Shown here: positions 11,981 to 28,147 of the stretch, in pieces
Numbering within the stretch: the first letter of the stretch is position 1
Layout: each line of letters begins with the position of its first letter
From: Eledone cirrhosa
Taxonomy: Eukaryota
Assembly (NCBI GenBank): GCA_964016885.1
Contig: OZ024742.1
Coordinates: forward strand, 28,334,001-28,398,000
Reading direction: 5' to 3'
DNA length: 64,000 nucleotides
Program-made: the position numbers and the translations under genes
Notes under the pieces: model-generated
Database searches by the model: none
What the model was told of the DNA's origin: nothing
The model's input: only the letters and a program-made list of their open reading frames with translations

Positions 11981-12984
11981 TGTTATCCTGTAACTGTAGA
12001 CCTAATCTGAATGATTACACTAGAGTGGACTATGATAAATTTACTGAAGGGCTAGGGGCGTGTGCTGAACCAAATATCTGTTTAAGACTACCATGTTATC
12101 AGTGAGACTCAAAACGATCCATATTAAAGTACTCTCATTTAAACTCAGAACCTGATTAAAATCACATTATTGTTTGGAGGTTAATGTGAGATATGAAGAG
12201 ATAAACTACCATCATAATTTTATGTGAGGACTTTGTTGATTTATGTTGTAAATGCCAACTTTACACGAGAGAATCAATAGATAAAATAAAGTTACAGCTG
12301 ATATATTGATTAGACATTGCAAGTACGACTTTGAAATAGAAAAGAGCAACAGATCCAGTGACAGTAACTCAAAACATGTATCTATTGTTTATTATTGATT
12401 AGATTACAAGTTGTACCTTCCAGGTCTTCCAGAAGGAGTTGAACTTAGTACTATAAATTAATGAATCATCAAACATCTTTATCTGTCTTACACACAAATG
12501 TCTGAACACCAACTGGCAGTGAGACAGTAAATTGACTGAATTTCTACAGCAAAAGTCGATATACCTTGTGGTATTTATTCCAAATTTATAGGGAGGTGAA
12601 TTGGCAGTATTAATAGAGTGGTGGATGTCATGCTTTGTGACATATAGTTACAGCCCTTTACATTCTGAGTTCAAATCCCGGCAAGGTTAGCAGAATTTGA
12701 ACTCAGAGAGAGAGAAGATGGTGCTCTGTATGAAGAGGGGGATCTCTTTGCTGAGGGGCTTGGCTCAAGACATTCTCCCTCACCGTCCCCAATATATCCA
12801 ACCCCATTTATGACAGAATAACAAAATATCTGAAATAATCAACATACCTGGAATTGGATTCAGGTTTGGGTGGAGGAAAAAATATATGAAAGCAAATCTT
12901 GGAATGAAATGGAATGTCGGGTACATACCTGGAATAAATATGAAAAAGAAATCATAAATAAACATAATTAATGTAAAGTACATT

Positions 12985-13345
12985 TATCATCATCATTATC
13001 AACATTTAATGTCCATTTCTTCATGTTAGCATGGCTTTATCATCATCATCACCCTCTAATGTCCATTTTTCATGTTAGCATGGGTTAGACGATTTGTCCT
13101 GTTGTGAGACAAGCCAGATCAGGTGACTGTGTCTTGCTCATACAAAACTGAATTTTGCTTGGTTTCTGTGGCTGGATGTCCTTCCTAATGCAAACCACTT
13201 TACAGTGAGTACTGGGTGCTTTTTATTGTGACACCTAAACAACCACTTTACAGTAAGTATTGGGTGCTTTTTGCTTGACACCTACACAACCACTTTACAG
13301 TGAGTACTGGGCTTTTTGTCATGCCAGCTACATGACCACCTTACA
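12985..13345 (-). mobile_element. Diverged RTE 3' UTR or RTE-tailed SINE fragment
   Basis: CATCATC tail, TAGCATGGGTTAGAC, GCTGGATG..CTTCCTAA and tandem CACTTTACAGTGAGTACTGGG, as in the RTE-A UTR. Confidence 0.65.
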
Positions 13346-13543
13346 GTGGTATATATATTAGCTGCTATTATCAAGATTGCTGAGAATTTAAAACATTCTG
13401 GAATTTGAAAAGTATGCATCCAAAAACAAGTGAACTTAATAATAGTTGGTTCTTTACCTGGTTTTCTCAATTATTATCTACAGTGGTCACCTATTATTAT
13501 ATCATTTACGCTGGGACATTTGGTTTTTGTTTCCAGGGATACT

Positions 13544-13775
13544 TTAACCCTTTAGCATTTACATTATTCTATATATATATATACTACTGTATTTTTGTGG
13601 TAAAGGCTTTATCTTACATAATTATCTCAGATAATATTGAATCTACAAGATTTTTATATTTATTTTGAGAACCATACCTTAACATCAGTATCAGTGGCCA
13701 GTTACGGCCAGTTTGAATAGAAAGAGGTGAGAGAATTCTGGCCAGATATGGCCGGTTTATATGATAAAGCGTTAA
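13544..13775. mobile_element. piggyBac-like MITE
   Basis: TTAA on both sides with imperfect TIRs CCCTTTAGCATTT / ATATGATAAAGCG; an inverted second copy lies at ~57900-58102. Confidence 0.65.
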
Positions 13776-14039
13776 GCAATTTTCTCAATTATTATTCATA
13801 GAAATCAATTATTATTATTATTATTTGCATCAGAACTCACAGATCTGAAATTTCAAATTTCTTCAATACATCTTAAGTCAATTCCTTTGTTTAAAGAAAA
13901 ATTTATTTGATAATTACAAAAAGAAAAAAATTAACAAGTTGTGACATTTATTCATTTCTCAAGGTTTTTTTAAAAACTAGAATTATGGTAAAATAAAAAT
14001 TCATCAAGAGAACCTATGGAACATTCATGTTTCATTGAA

Positions 14040-14282
14040 AGATCACAGCTCCAATAGTACAAACATGTATGTCTCAGGAAAGAATTGCTGGACAGATTTT
14101 ACAGGCAAAACCAACAGGTAGGAGGCCCAGGGTAGACCACCAAGTAAGATGATGAGATAACATCCATGAGTGTGACTAGTCTCCCTTTCAGATCCAGCTG
14201 GATCAATTGGTGAAGGTTGCTTCTGATCGGACTCACTGGAAGGAATGTTTCAGGACTCTGCTTCCACGACCCTCTCAGAAAT
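14040..14282 (+). mobile_element. Old LINE (RTE-like) 3' remnant
   Basis: Similar to 23495-23722 (CACAGCTCCAATA..CTCAGGAAA..TTGCT..GACAGATTTT..TGGAAGGA..CTCTGCT..ACCCTCTC). Confidence 0.55.
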
Positions 14283-14514
14283 AATTGGGCAAAGAAGAAC
14301 AAGAAAATATTTTTTATTGTTTAGTCAAGTAAGAAAGTGTAGTATTTACAAAATTCTAAAGGGCCTCTGAGATTAGAGGGTGGGAGGTAAAAAGGAATCT
14401 TCAAACCCTAAACCAAAAAGTTCTAAAGGGCTTCTGAGCCTGGAGGGTGGATTGGAAGAAGGAAACCTCAAACAATAACTAGATTCAAATAGCAATCAGT
14501 ATAGGGTGTTAGGA

Positions 14515-14830
14515 AACAAGCAAGTGAAATAGAAATCAGGCAAGGGGGATAGGAAGCAAGCAAGGGAGACAGCAATAAGGCAAGTGAGATAGCAATAAGG
14601 CAAGTGAGATAGCAATAAGGCGAGTGAGATAACAATAAGGCAGGTGAGATAACAATAAGAGGAATGAGATAACAATAAGGGAAATGAGATAACAATAAGG
14701 CAAGTGAGGTAGCAATAGGGCAAGTGAGATAATAAGGCAAGTGAGATAACAATAATGCAAGGGAGATAACAATAAAGCAAGTGAGATAGGAAAGAAGGAA
14801 GCAAGCAGCCAATAAAATGAGATAACGAGA
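14515..14830. repeat. ~20-bp minisatellite
   Basis: Unit AATAAGGCAAGTGAGATA(G/A)C. Confidence 0.9.
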
Positions 14831-15137
14831 CAGCTAACTAACAAAGTAAACAAGTAAGTAGTGTTTGTGTTCATGGCTCTGTTTCAATGCTTTTCTGATA
14901 GATATGTAATTTATTTTAATATCTGAATAATATCCACATAAAACAACTCACTCTATCTCTTTTTCTTTATATATACATACATATATATATACATACATAC
15001 ATACAGATACATACATACATAAATATATATATATATATGTGTATATATGTGTATATATATGTGTGTATATATAAGTATAAGTATATATATATGAATGTAT
15101 ATATATATGTGTGTGTATATATAAGTATATATCTATA

Positions 15138-15191
<54 letters not shown>

Positions 15192-15619
15192 TTAAATACA
15201 TTAAAAGTAAGAGTAACCACAACAATCACAAAAGACTATTACTGTATTATTCTCTTAAACGTATCCCAGACAGAAACTCACATAACAATAAACAGAAGGA
15301 CGGACACAACACACACACACACAAAGCACACACACACAACTACATTTACATACACACACACATGCACGGATACACACATACACACACGAATGGAGAATCT
15401 AAATCTGTCAATTCTATGTTTGTGTTTAACAGTTTGGTAAAGTGCCAGTTTCTACTGAGTCTGTCTTTAGACAGTTTTATGGAAATGAAATATTAAACAT
15501 TGGAAAGTGTTAACAATTCTTTCATTCTTATTTCGTTTTTCTTTAATAGTAAATAACGGCAAATATTCTGGCTCTAGTTAAGTGTCCATGTTTAGGTCAA
15601 TTGGCCAGCTCAACACTGA

Positions 15620-15659
<40 letters not shown>

Positions 15660-15992
15660 ATCATCATCATTTTACGTCCGCTTTTCCCTGCTTGCAAGGG
15701 TGGGACGGGAACTGATTCTGGCTTGATTTCTACAGCTGGATGCCCTTCCTAACACCAACCTCATTTACAGTGAGTGCTGGGTGCTTTTTTTTTTGCCGTG
15801 GCACCTCCACAACCACTTTGCAGTGGAATGATAGGGACCTCAGAACCTATCATCTCATTTCTACAGCTGAGTAAACTGGAGCAATGTGAAATAAAGTGTC
15901 TTGCTAAAGGAAACAACACATCACCTGGTCTGAGAATTGAACTCACAACCTTTCGTTGCGAGGCCAATGCTCTAACCACTAAGCCATGTGCC
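15660..15992 (-). mobile_element. SINE family C, full length
   Basis: Co-linear with 9029-9368; flanked by (TA)n on both sides. Confidence 0.85.
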
Positions 15993-16439
15993 TATATATA
16001 TATATATATATCCAATCTTTTCCTCGCTCTCAATGCTATTCTATAATTCTGTCTGGTTGTTTCTAAATAATCTTCTTGTATTTTAAAACCCCATTATTCG
16101 CTTATTATTACTGTTATATGCTTCTCCAATTATGCCCAAAATCCAAAGATTTCATTTAAACCCTCTCGCTAACTACCCATACCTCTCCCACCCAACCCCA
16201 CTCTCCACCATTATTATTAGGACCAATCATAAGTCAGCGGCCTATGCTATTACTTCTGGTTGCTTGGCGATATGATGGATGGACTATGGAATTCTGGAGA
16301 GTTTGAAAAATCTGGACACTCAGTGACAATGCTAAAGATAAAGACAAATTCACCTCATGCTGCCGGATGAAAAGACAATGATTCCTCTTTGTTTCGGCCA
16401 CGGATGGCCAACATAACCCCAAACCGCGCCCCATCGTTC

Positions 16440-17352
16440 CCACCCACCAAACGCAATCCAAAACTTCAGAGTTGGTACCATGAATGTAGGCACCTTAAAA
16501 GGTCACTCTAACGAGGTTGTAGAAATGCTTGAACGTAAGGAGGTTGATGTTTGCTGTATCCAAGAGACCAGGTGGAGGGGTGGGTCTGCTAGATTCATTG
16601 TGGGTAAAAAACGATGCTATAAGCTTTTCTGGGTGGGAAATGAAAATGGGCTGGGTGGGGTAGGAATCATGTTAGCAGAAAAGTGTGTAGATAAGATAAT
16701 AGACGTAAATAGAGTGAACGACAGAATAATTAAAATAAGACTTGTCCTAAATAGAACTACTGTGACAGTAATATCTGCATATGCACCCCAAACCGGACTG
16801 TTTGGAGCTATAAAAGACAGATTCTATGAGACATTGATGCTCACTACCTCCCAAATAACCGACAGTGACTACGTAATTATTACTGGTAACCTAAATGGTC
16901 ACGTTGGACAACATTGTGATGGCTATGACGGAATCCATGGAGGCTATGGGTTTGGTACTAGAAATGAGGAAGGCTCCAGAATCCTGGAATTCTGTGACGC
17001 AAATAACCTAACTATCTGTAACACTAACTTCAAAAAACAAGACAATCACTTGATCACCTATAGATCAGGGGAACACGCCAGTCAGATAGATTATATCCTT
17101 ACCAGAAGACGTGATAGAGTGTCTGTTATAAACACTAAATCCCTCCCCAATAAAGAATGCACCTCCCAACATAGACTCATAGTCAGCGACCTCATAGTCA
17201 GGACAAGACATACTCGACAATAGAAGAGGACTTTCCTCAGGAGAAAAATATGGAAGCTAAAGGACCCCACAGCCAGTAATAAATTTAAAAGCATATTACT
17301 TGATGCTTTCGACAGTAAGGAAGAGCAATTAGAGTCATACAATATAGAGGAA
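16440..17352 (+). mobile_element. RTE LINE 5' part: apurinic-like endonuclease domain (pseudogenised)
   Basis: ORF 16480-17223 has GTMNVGTL, CCIQETRW, ISAYAPQ, GNLNGHVG, SQIDYIL and SQHRLIV; premature stop at 17223, then truncated. Confidence 0.92.
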
Positions 17353-17355
17353 GAA

Positions 17356-17431
17356 GCTGTCCGATGAGATCATGGTACAGGTTTTGTGGCTATTGCATAG
17401 CCACTGCCGTCATTGAAATATATATCACAGC
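17356..17431 (+). ncRNA. Type I hammerhead motif with extended stem II (core mutated to CCGAUGA)
   Basis: gctgt/acagc stem I, CCGATGA, stem II containing gtggctat-tgc-atagccac, GAAA, tatata, TC. Confidence 0.6.
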
Positions 17432-17480
17432 CTTATCAATAAAGGACTTTATCATCTGAAACTACTTTGCATATTCTTAT

Positions 17481-17545
<65 letters not shown>

Positions 17546-17579
17546 GTGTGTATATATATATATATATGTGTGTGTGTGT

Positions 17580-17761
17580 ATCCCTGGTTCAATCAGGGGT
17601 AACCACTGTAAGTAAGGTACTCAATACATAGCAGAGTATACATTTTTAATATAGAAATGGCTTCTACAGGACTAGAACTGTTGTTTCATTCGAAGGAAAT
17701 CATCAGGCTTTCCTGATGATTTCCTTTGAATGAAACCATTCTAGTCTTGTAGAAGCCATTT
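17580..17761 (-). mobile_element. PLE pLTR end with fold-back and hammerhead cores
   Basis: Inverted repeat 17655-17761 with CTGATGA..GAAAC on both arms; same family as 35708-35888; bounded by (TA)n. Confidence 0.6.
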
Positions 17762-18042
17762 ATATATATATATATATATATATGATGGAATATGAATACA
17801 CATCCTTTTTCTCAAAAAGAAAATTTGTTTTCTGTCCTTTCTTTTTCTCACAATCTTTCTATTTAATCTTTTATTTTTCATTCTAACTACTGATGAAAGA
17901 CTAGTATCCGAAACATAAAGATTTCTTTTCTACTTCATCAAGCATTAAACTAATATATATATATAATAAAATAAAACAAGGACGAATGGTTACTCCTTCA
18001 TTACATTTATTGGTTGGTGACGCATGTTTCGCCACCGATCAG

Positions 18043-18083
<41 letters not shown>

Positions 18084-18142
18084 GTTTGTAAATGTATAAT
18101 AAAGCCAAAACAATGCAGGTATGGACATAGAATAAAGATCCT

Positions 18143-18184
<42 letters not shown>

Positions 18185-18283
18185 ATATATATATTATATA
18201 TATATATATATTATATATTATATATAATATATATATATATATATATTGTATATATATATTATATATATATATATATTATATAT

Positions 18284-18316
<33 letters not shown>

Positions 18317-18317
18317 A

Positions 18318-18970
18318 TCATCATCATCATCATCATCAGGTTTAGCGTCCGTGTTCCACGCTTGCATGGGTTTGGACGGGGGTTTTCCCACTTGAGGCAA
18401 GAGTGGTTGTCTTGCTCGCATAGGACTGTCTGGCGGGTTTTCTACAGTTGGATGCCCTTCCTAACACCAACCACATTTACAGTGTGGGGCTGGGAGGTTT
18501 TTACCGTGTTGCCTACACGGCCACATTACAGCGTGGACTGTCTGGCGGGTTTTCTACAGCTGGATGCCCTTCCTAACACCAACCACATTTACAGTGTGGG
18601 GCTGGGAGGTTTTTACCGTGTTGCCTACACGGCCACATTTACAGCGTGGACTGTGTGTTTTTTGTCGTGACACCTACACGATCTCATTTGTTTCGGCCTG
18701 GATGTTGTGGGACCAACATAACTTTACATTGAAAGGGGCGGTGTGGGTGGGGTGGAGGTGGTGGGACGGGGGTGTGTTTTGATAGAGGTGCCTACTGACT
18801 GTAGTAGGTTTTTACTTTGTATTTAGGTAAGGCGGGTCTTCTCTATTACTGAGTACCGCCAAAGGTCTCGGTCCAGTGACATTGTCTTGGAGAGGTGTAA
18901 GCGTGTGAGGTCGGAATTTATCAGCTCGTCCCATGTTTTTCTGGGTCTGCCTACTCCGTGGCTACCGTCT
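18318..18970 (-). mobile_element. RTE LINE 3' end (third family)
   Basis: Minus strand encodes GVGRPRKTWDELINSDL..DRDLWR, followed by a UTR with an internal tandem duplication and an (ATG)n tail. Confidence 0.85.
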
Positions 18971-18972
18971 AT

Positions 18973-21245
<2,273 letters not shown>

Positions 21246-21246
<1 letters not shown>

Positions 21247-22425
21247 ACAAACACTTTTAATTTACCAGATTTCTGACTTTAAAGTTCCAATCTTAAATCT
21301 TGATTTCTCTATATTAATTTGTTATTTGTTTTCTGCCCTCTTCACTGTATAACCTTATATTTATATTTATTTTAAGTTGAGATAGATTATAACACAAACA
21401 CATTGAATATCTCATCTTAACATCTTGTATCATACCAATCTATCCAACATATTCTGACCTTGAGATTGGTTATAGCACACACACACACACACTTTATCCT
21501 ACATTATTTCTCACTTCTCCATATACATTATCATTACTTTTTCACCAATCTCTCATTTACTCTTTATTCTTTATTCTCTATTTATTTATTTATTTTCAAA
21601 TTACACAAATTATATTAATTATTTTTATTTTGTTATATTATTTATTTATCTTCTGTTTTCTTCATTTATTGCCTTATATTTCTTCATATACATGAAATAA
21701 CCCCCCCCCCCCCGCGCCACCACCACTACGATGGTGGCGGGTGGGATGAAGAGAAAACACAAACTGAATACTTCTAAATTGTTAGCAGCAGCAAGATATA
21801 AGCTGACCACTACAACAACAACAGTACCAAAATAATGGTGGAGGTCAAATGTACTGAACAATAGCAGGCATAAACACTACAGAGAGCCTCACCCCAGAAA
21901 GAATTCTATAGACTTCTGACTGAGGAATGCTCTCAGAACTGAACAATGGGAAGTTTGACACATTTTTTGATATTTTGTTCCTTCAACACCTTGTCCCTTC
22001 TACCATTTTATCAATGTTTAAGCTAACTCCAACAATGACAACACTAATAACTGACCAATGAGAGGAGAAGGGGACCTGTGACACTAAAATTCGTTTGTTT
22101 GAATTCATATGACTCCAGTTCCCCAGTGAATTAACAACCCAACAAAGAACTGGCATATCAGAGTATTGACAATATCATACACCTAAACAACATATGTACT
22201 TGTCTATACCATACTAATTCAAACTGCCCTGAAGAGGTCACAGCCAAAGATGGCTGTCACTGAAATATATATAGCAGTATAAACAAAGCTAAATTTTAAT
22301 CATTTGACTTTTATTTCAACTTTATTTTACACTACTCCGGAGTAACCAAACCAACCTGCGCACTTCGTCGAGTGCTCCAGCCTGCATACTGAGGTGTTGG
22401 TATACAACCAACATAAACTCAAAAT
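21246..22425 (+). mobile_element. Solo long 3' region/pLTR of the Hydra-like PLE
   Basis: Co-linear with 33193-34380; no ORF; hammerhead near the 3' end; TAGAA-type TA array on both sides. Confidence 0.75.
22223..22278 (+). ncRNA. Type I hammerhead ribozyme
   Basis: actgc/gcagt stem I, CTGAAGA, stem II acagcca-aaga-tggctgt, GAAA, palindromic tatatata; one extra C precedes the core. Confidence 0.75.
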
Positions 22426-22715
22426 CTATATAGAATATATATATATATATAGAATATATATAATATATATATAGAATATATATATATATATATAGAATAT
22501 ATATATATATATAGAATATATATATATATATAATAGAATATATATATATAGAATATATATATATAGAATATATATATATAGAATATATATATATATATAG
22601 AATATATATATATATATAGAATATATATATATATAGAATATATATATATAGAATATATATATATATATATAGAATATATATATATATATAGAATATATAT
22701 ATATATATATATATA

Positions 22716-22752
<37 letters not shown>

Positions 22753-22821
22753 ATATATATATATATATATATTATAGAATATATATATATATATATAGAA
22801 TATATATATATATATATATAT

Positions 22822-22855
<34 letters not shown>

Positions 22856-22896
22856 ATATATATATAGAATATATATAGAATATATATATATAGAGA

Positions 22897-22954
<58 letters not shown>

Positions 22955-22955
22955 G
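22426..22955. repeat. (TA)n array with TAGAA interruptions, then (GA)n
   Basis: Seen directly. Confidence 0.95.
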
Positions 22956-23494
22956 GTAGATTAGATTGATAGATATTTAGATAGATATTACAGTTGTGGC
23001 GGGGTGGAACGCAGGGTTGAGGTGTTTATTTGGTTTGTAGGACTGTAAAATAAGTAACAGTCTAAATATTAGCAGTAGTTTTTATATTCTACTACTAAAT
23101 AAAGCTCTTATCCTAATTAGAACATCTACTAGTTTAACTAAACAGGAAATTGGTACCATCCTTGTGTTAGTGTAGTTTGATGATGGTTTTTATTGGACTC
23201 AGTAATACAGAGAGGACAATTTTTACATAACAATGGGGATCTAGTAATCCTGGCCAAGCACAGTTCTTGTTTTCTTTATCTTCCATATAAATAAAAAGAG
23301 GAGTTCTTAAATTCGGGGGTTGGTTTATATAGATATAATACTATTTTTACCCTTAAGGGTATTAAGTTGCCCTGGTCCAGAGAAAATAATGAAATATATG
23401 TATAGATATTTGGAGTAACATTACTCGATAGAGTGCATAGCTCGTAGATGAGAGAGTCACTCCAGTTAGAGCTGCAACTTCTCTGATTTGAGAG

Positions 23495-23912
23495 ACCACA
23501 GCTCCAATACATTGGGCATGTGGTGAGAATATCTCAGGAAAACATTGCTGGGACAGATTTTGTCAGCAAAACCAATTGGCAGATCCCAAGCAAGATGGTT
23601 GGATAACATTCAAGAGCTTGGCGGGTCTCACTTGGGGATCCAGCCAGATTAGTTGGAGATAGTTGCTTCTGACAGGACCTCATGGAAGGAGTGTTTGAGG
23701 AGTCTGCTCCCACAACCCTCTCAAGAAGAAGAAGAAGAAGAAGGAGAAAAAGCAGAAGGAGAAAAAGAAGAAAGAAGAAGAAAAGAAGAAAAAAAAGAAA
23801 AAGAAGAAAAGGAAGAAGAAAAGGAAGAAGAAGAAAAGGAAGAAGAAGAAAAAGAAGAAAAAGAAGGAAAAAGAAGAAAAGAGAAAAGAAGAAACAGAAG
23901 AAAAGAAGAAAC
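23495..23912 (+). mobile_element. LINE 3' remnant with expanded (GAA)n tail
   Basis: QLQYIGHVVR..DRTSWK peptide remnants, then an AAG/GAA tract at 23724-23910. Confidence 0.55.
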
Positions 23913-24399
23913 AAAAGTTACACAATGGTGGGAATATTAAAGAAATGATAACATTAAAATTAAGTAATGAAAAAGTGGGTGAAGGGGTAAAGAAAGGCAG
24001 ATCTGGCTGTATAGGAAGTAAAGGAAAGGACTGTAATGCCATAAATGTGAAGAGGAGGAGGGAAAAGAGCACATACTATAGAGAAAGGTCTTTGAAAGAG
24101 TACAAGTTTTAGATGTAACACAATAATTAGGACACTGGACTTTACAGATAAGTCTAATGGAAAATCTACATTATGTATATAGATTGTCTACCTACCCTCA
24201 AGCAATTATTAAATCGATAGTTAGAGTGGTTTTAAATACAATTTCTAAACCTCAGTAAATGAGGAGATATTTAACCAGAATGCCAAGTAATATAATGAGG
24301 TATTAGCTAGGTGAAGTTATAATGAGAAACTAGCTGATATTCCTGAGGCAATCAAAATCCACAAACCTCATAATTATAACAGAGTATATGTTGTAATTT

Positions 24400-25335
24400 A
24401 TGTAACAATACCATTGTTAGAGTTTGTGTTGCAATACCACTGTGTTGCAATGTTTGTAACAATACCACTGTTCAATACCACTCTGTTACAATATATGTAG
24501 CAATACCACTGTGTTGTAATGTTTGTAACAATTCAACTGTTACAATACCACTGTGTTGTAATGTTTGTTACAATACCATTGTGTTGTAATTTTTGTAACA
24601 ATACCACTGTGTTGTAATGTTTGTATCATTACCACTGTGTTACAGTCTGTGTTACTATACCACTGAATAACAGTGTGTTATAATATCACTGTGTTACAGT
24701 CAGTGTAACAATACCACTGTGTTGTAATGTTTGTAACATTACCACTGTGTTACAGTCAGTGTAACAATACCACTGTGTTGTAATGTTTGTAACAATACAA
24801 CTGTGTTACAGTTTATGTAACAATATCACTGTGTTACAGACTATGTAACAATATGATTGTATTACAGTCTTTGTAACAATATCACTATGTCACAGTCTAT
24901 GTAACAACACCACTGTGTTACAGTATGTGTAACAATATCATTGTGTAACTGTGAGTGTTACAATACCACTGTTACCGTCTGTGTTACGATACTACTGTGT
25001 TGTAATGTGTGTAACAATATCACTGTTACAATATATGTAACAATATGTGAGTTAAAATATATGTAACAATACCTGTGTTACAATATAGTTAACTATGTTA
25101 CAGTCTATGTAACAATACCATTGTGATACAGTGAGTGTTACAATACCACTGTGTTACAGTCTATGTAACAATACCACTGTGTTACAATATAGTTCACTAT
25201 ACCACTGTGTTACAGTCTATGTAACAATATCATTGTGTTACAGTGAGAGTAACAATACCACTGTGTGTCAGTCTGTGTTACAATACCACTGTGTTACAAT
25301 GAGTAACAATATCACTGTGTTGTAATGTTTGCAAT
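24400..25335. repeat. ~28-bp degenerate minisatellite
   Basis: Consensus about AACAATACCACTGTGTTACAGTCTATGT, roughly 30 units. Confidence 0.9.
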
Positions 25336-25843
25336 ATTTACAAAGAAGCAACTTCAGACTCCAGGTGTTTCTTTTTCTTTACTTGGTTTTTGCTTGCTTC
25401 ATCTGGCAGAATATAATTTGAGGGAGAGATGTGACTGCTTGTTCTAGCATATCAAGTAATTTGTGTTATATAAAAGCCAGAAGTAGTTATGTGGCAACTC
25501 CACCTGATAGAAATAGGTAGAGTTTCAAAACTATTGCAAAAATATTACAAAAATATTTGTAAATTAACTAAATTTTTGTTGGGAACCATTCCAAGTCTAA
25601 TATTTAATCACAGAGTCAATATTTGCCTGACATCAATGAGAAAATGTTATGGCAATGTCAGACACATGATGAAAATAATACAAATAATAGACAAAGGAAA
25701 GAGAATGAATGGGACAAGAGGTTATAATGTTCGTCGGATGTTTTTTCACTTGAACATAAAAATTATCTTTGTTATAAATATCTTGTTATATATATATATG
25801 GATGGGTGGATGAATGTATGTGTAGACTGGTCTTTGTGTGTGT

Positions 25844-25883
<40 letters not shown>

Positions 25884-26037
25884 TGGGTGTGTGTGTGTGT
25901 GTGTGTGCATGTGTATACATATTTATGATGTATATATGTAGCGATATATAAAGATGCAGACATGTATATAGGTGTGTATATATAATACATATATCTATGT
26001 GTGTGTGTATTTACATATATCTATAAAACGGTGATGA

Positions 26038-26079
<42 letters not shown>

Positions 26080-26360
26080 CAGGAAAGAAGATTGACATGG
26101 TTTGCTATACAAAAAAGGTTTTTAATCTCATTGCTATGAGATTAAAAACCTTTTTGTATAGCAAACATGTCAATCTTCTTGCCTGATTTATTATTACTCC
26201 AAGTGTTTACAACATAGGAATTAACAGCATACTCGCAACATCACTATGAAAACGCCTTGTTGAGTCAAACCAAGCCAAGCGTTGATATCATCCACTACCT
26301 GGAATACCATAACTGGACTACACCTAAAGTGGACTGCATATAACTATTATGTGTTACGCC

Positions 26361-26393
<33 letters not shown>

Positions 26394-26400
<7 letters not shown>

Positions 26401-26660
26401 ATACTTTGGGAGGGTCATGTTGCCAATAAGAAACACACGCACCAGTTGCTTTCACTTCAATTTAATTTATTAAATATTTATAAATTTACAAATTTATAAA
26501 TTTCTGGTTGGTTGGTTGGTTCCACAACCAGATAGTTGTTTATATATATATAGTCATAGTTCTTTCGTCACACACTCTGTGTGTTATACCAAAGTATAAC
26601 AATATCGGTTTCAACACACGATTTCAGATAAAGAATCTTGCTAAACAAATTCAGAAACGA
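26394..26660 (-). mobile_element. Naiad-like PLE pLTR fragment with the 3' half of a hammerhead and an inverted junction
   Basis: 26398-26583 is the reverse complement of ~47280-47465 (tgtgacGAAAgaacTAtgact); 26588-26660 resumes in the opposite orientation. Confidence 0.65.
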
Positions 26661-27174
26661 AATATATATATATATATATATCGTCTAATCCATGATAGCT
26701 TGGAAAAATGGACGTTTTATGGTGATCATATATACACACATATATATGTATATATAAATATATATGCACTTCTATATACAGTCCATATAAATGCACACAC
26801 GTGTGTGTATGCTCATACATACATATATATATATTAAAACTCTAATTGGAAAGGTTTCAAGGGTGTGAGTGTATATGAATAAAAAATTGGATTATTCTCA
26901 GCGCGATTAGGGATCCGTTACCAGCTGCATATTGAGGGATGAAGATATAACCAAAAAAGTGTTACTATTCAAATAGTATACAGCTAGTGACGACTATCTT
27001 TCGCACTGGGAATACTCAAATTTATGAATATATATATATTTATATATATTTTATATTTATATATATTTATATATATTTTATATATATATTTATATATATT
27101 TATATATATATTTATATATATATTTATATATATATTTATATTTATATATATATTTATATATATATTTATATATA

Positions 27175-27245
<71 letters not shown>

Positions 27246-27288
27246 TTATATATATAATTATTTATATATATATTTATATATATATATT

Positions 27289-27319
<31 letters not shown>

Positions 27320-27322
27320 ATT

Positions 27323-27414
<92 letters not shown>

Positions 27415-27876
27415 TATAAGTATGTATATGTACATACTTATATTTATACAGACGTACAGTAGTATGTATATATATATATAAATACATGCACACATAAATA
27501 TATGTAAGTATGGATTCACCGAACATTTATTATAATGCTTGAAACTAGTACAGCGTTCCTTTGTCAGTGTTGAACAAATGAGCAACGAAACGATGGTTGC
27601 TAGACACTGTACGGCTTAATTCGGGATGTTTGTTTACAAACACACCGAGCATTATAATAAATGTTCGGTGAATCCATACGTACATATATATATGTGTGCA
27701 TGTATGTATATATATATATATATACATATTACTGTACGTCTGTATACATATAAGTAGTATCTTTCGTATATTGGTATATGAATAATTAAGTATATTATTT
27801 ACGTATATATATTTATATATTTAAGTAACAGCCGTACTAAGAGTGAGAAATGAAATTTCGTTTCATTTTTTCCGAT
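27415..27876. mobile_element. Internally deleted copy of the long-TIR foldback element
   Basis: Shares ACAGACGTACAGTAGTAT, CCGAACATTTATTATAATG and GAGTGAGAAATGAAATTTCGTTTCATT with 44419-45104. Confidence 0.7.
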
Positions 27877-28147
27877 TATATATATATATATATAATATAT
27901 ATATATATCAATATATATATATATTTATATATATATAAATATATATATATATTTATATATAAATATATATATATATATTTATATATATATAAATATATAT
28001 ATATTCACTTCCTCATTTTTTTTATCAGTTCGAGCACTTCTTTCAGAACTGCTGGACTGGCTACCTGACAGATACCTCAGGCACAGAAAGTGATTATCGC
28101 TAAATGCTGATGTTGGTTAGATTATCAATATTAGTATTATTGGGGCA

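Noticed and set aside
23534-24072. Poly-E/K/R and poly-F/L ORFs
   Set aside because: A (GAA)n tail expansion of a LINE remnant.
23030-24400. Very old minus-strand LINE remnant flanking the (GAA)n insert
   Set aside because: Only one weak motif (PISCLVKLVE); too decayed to call.
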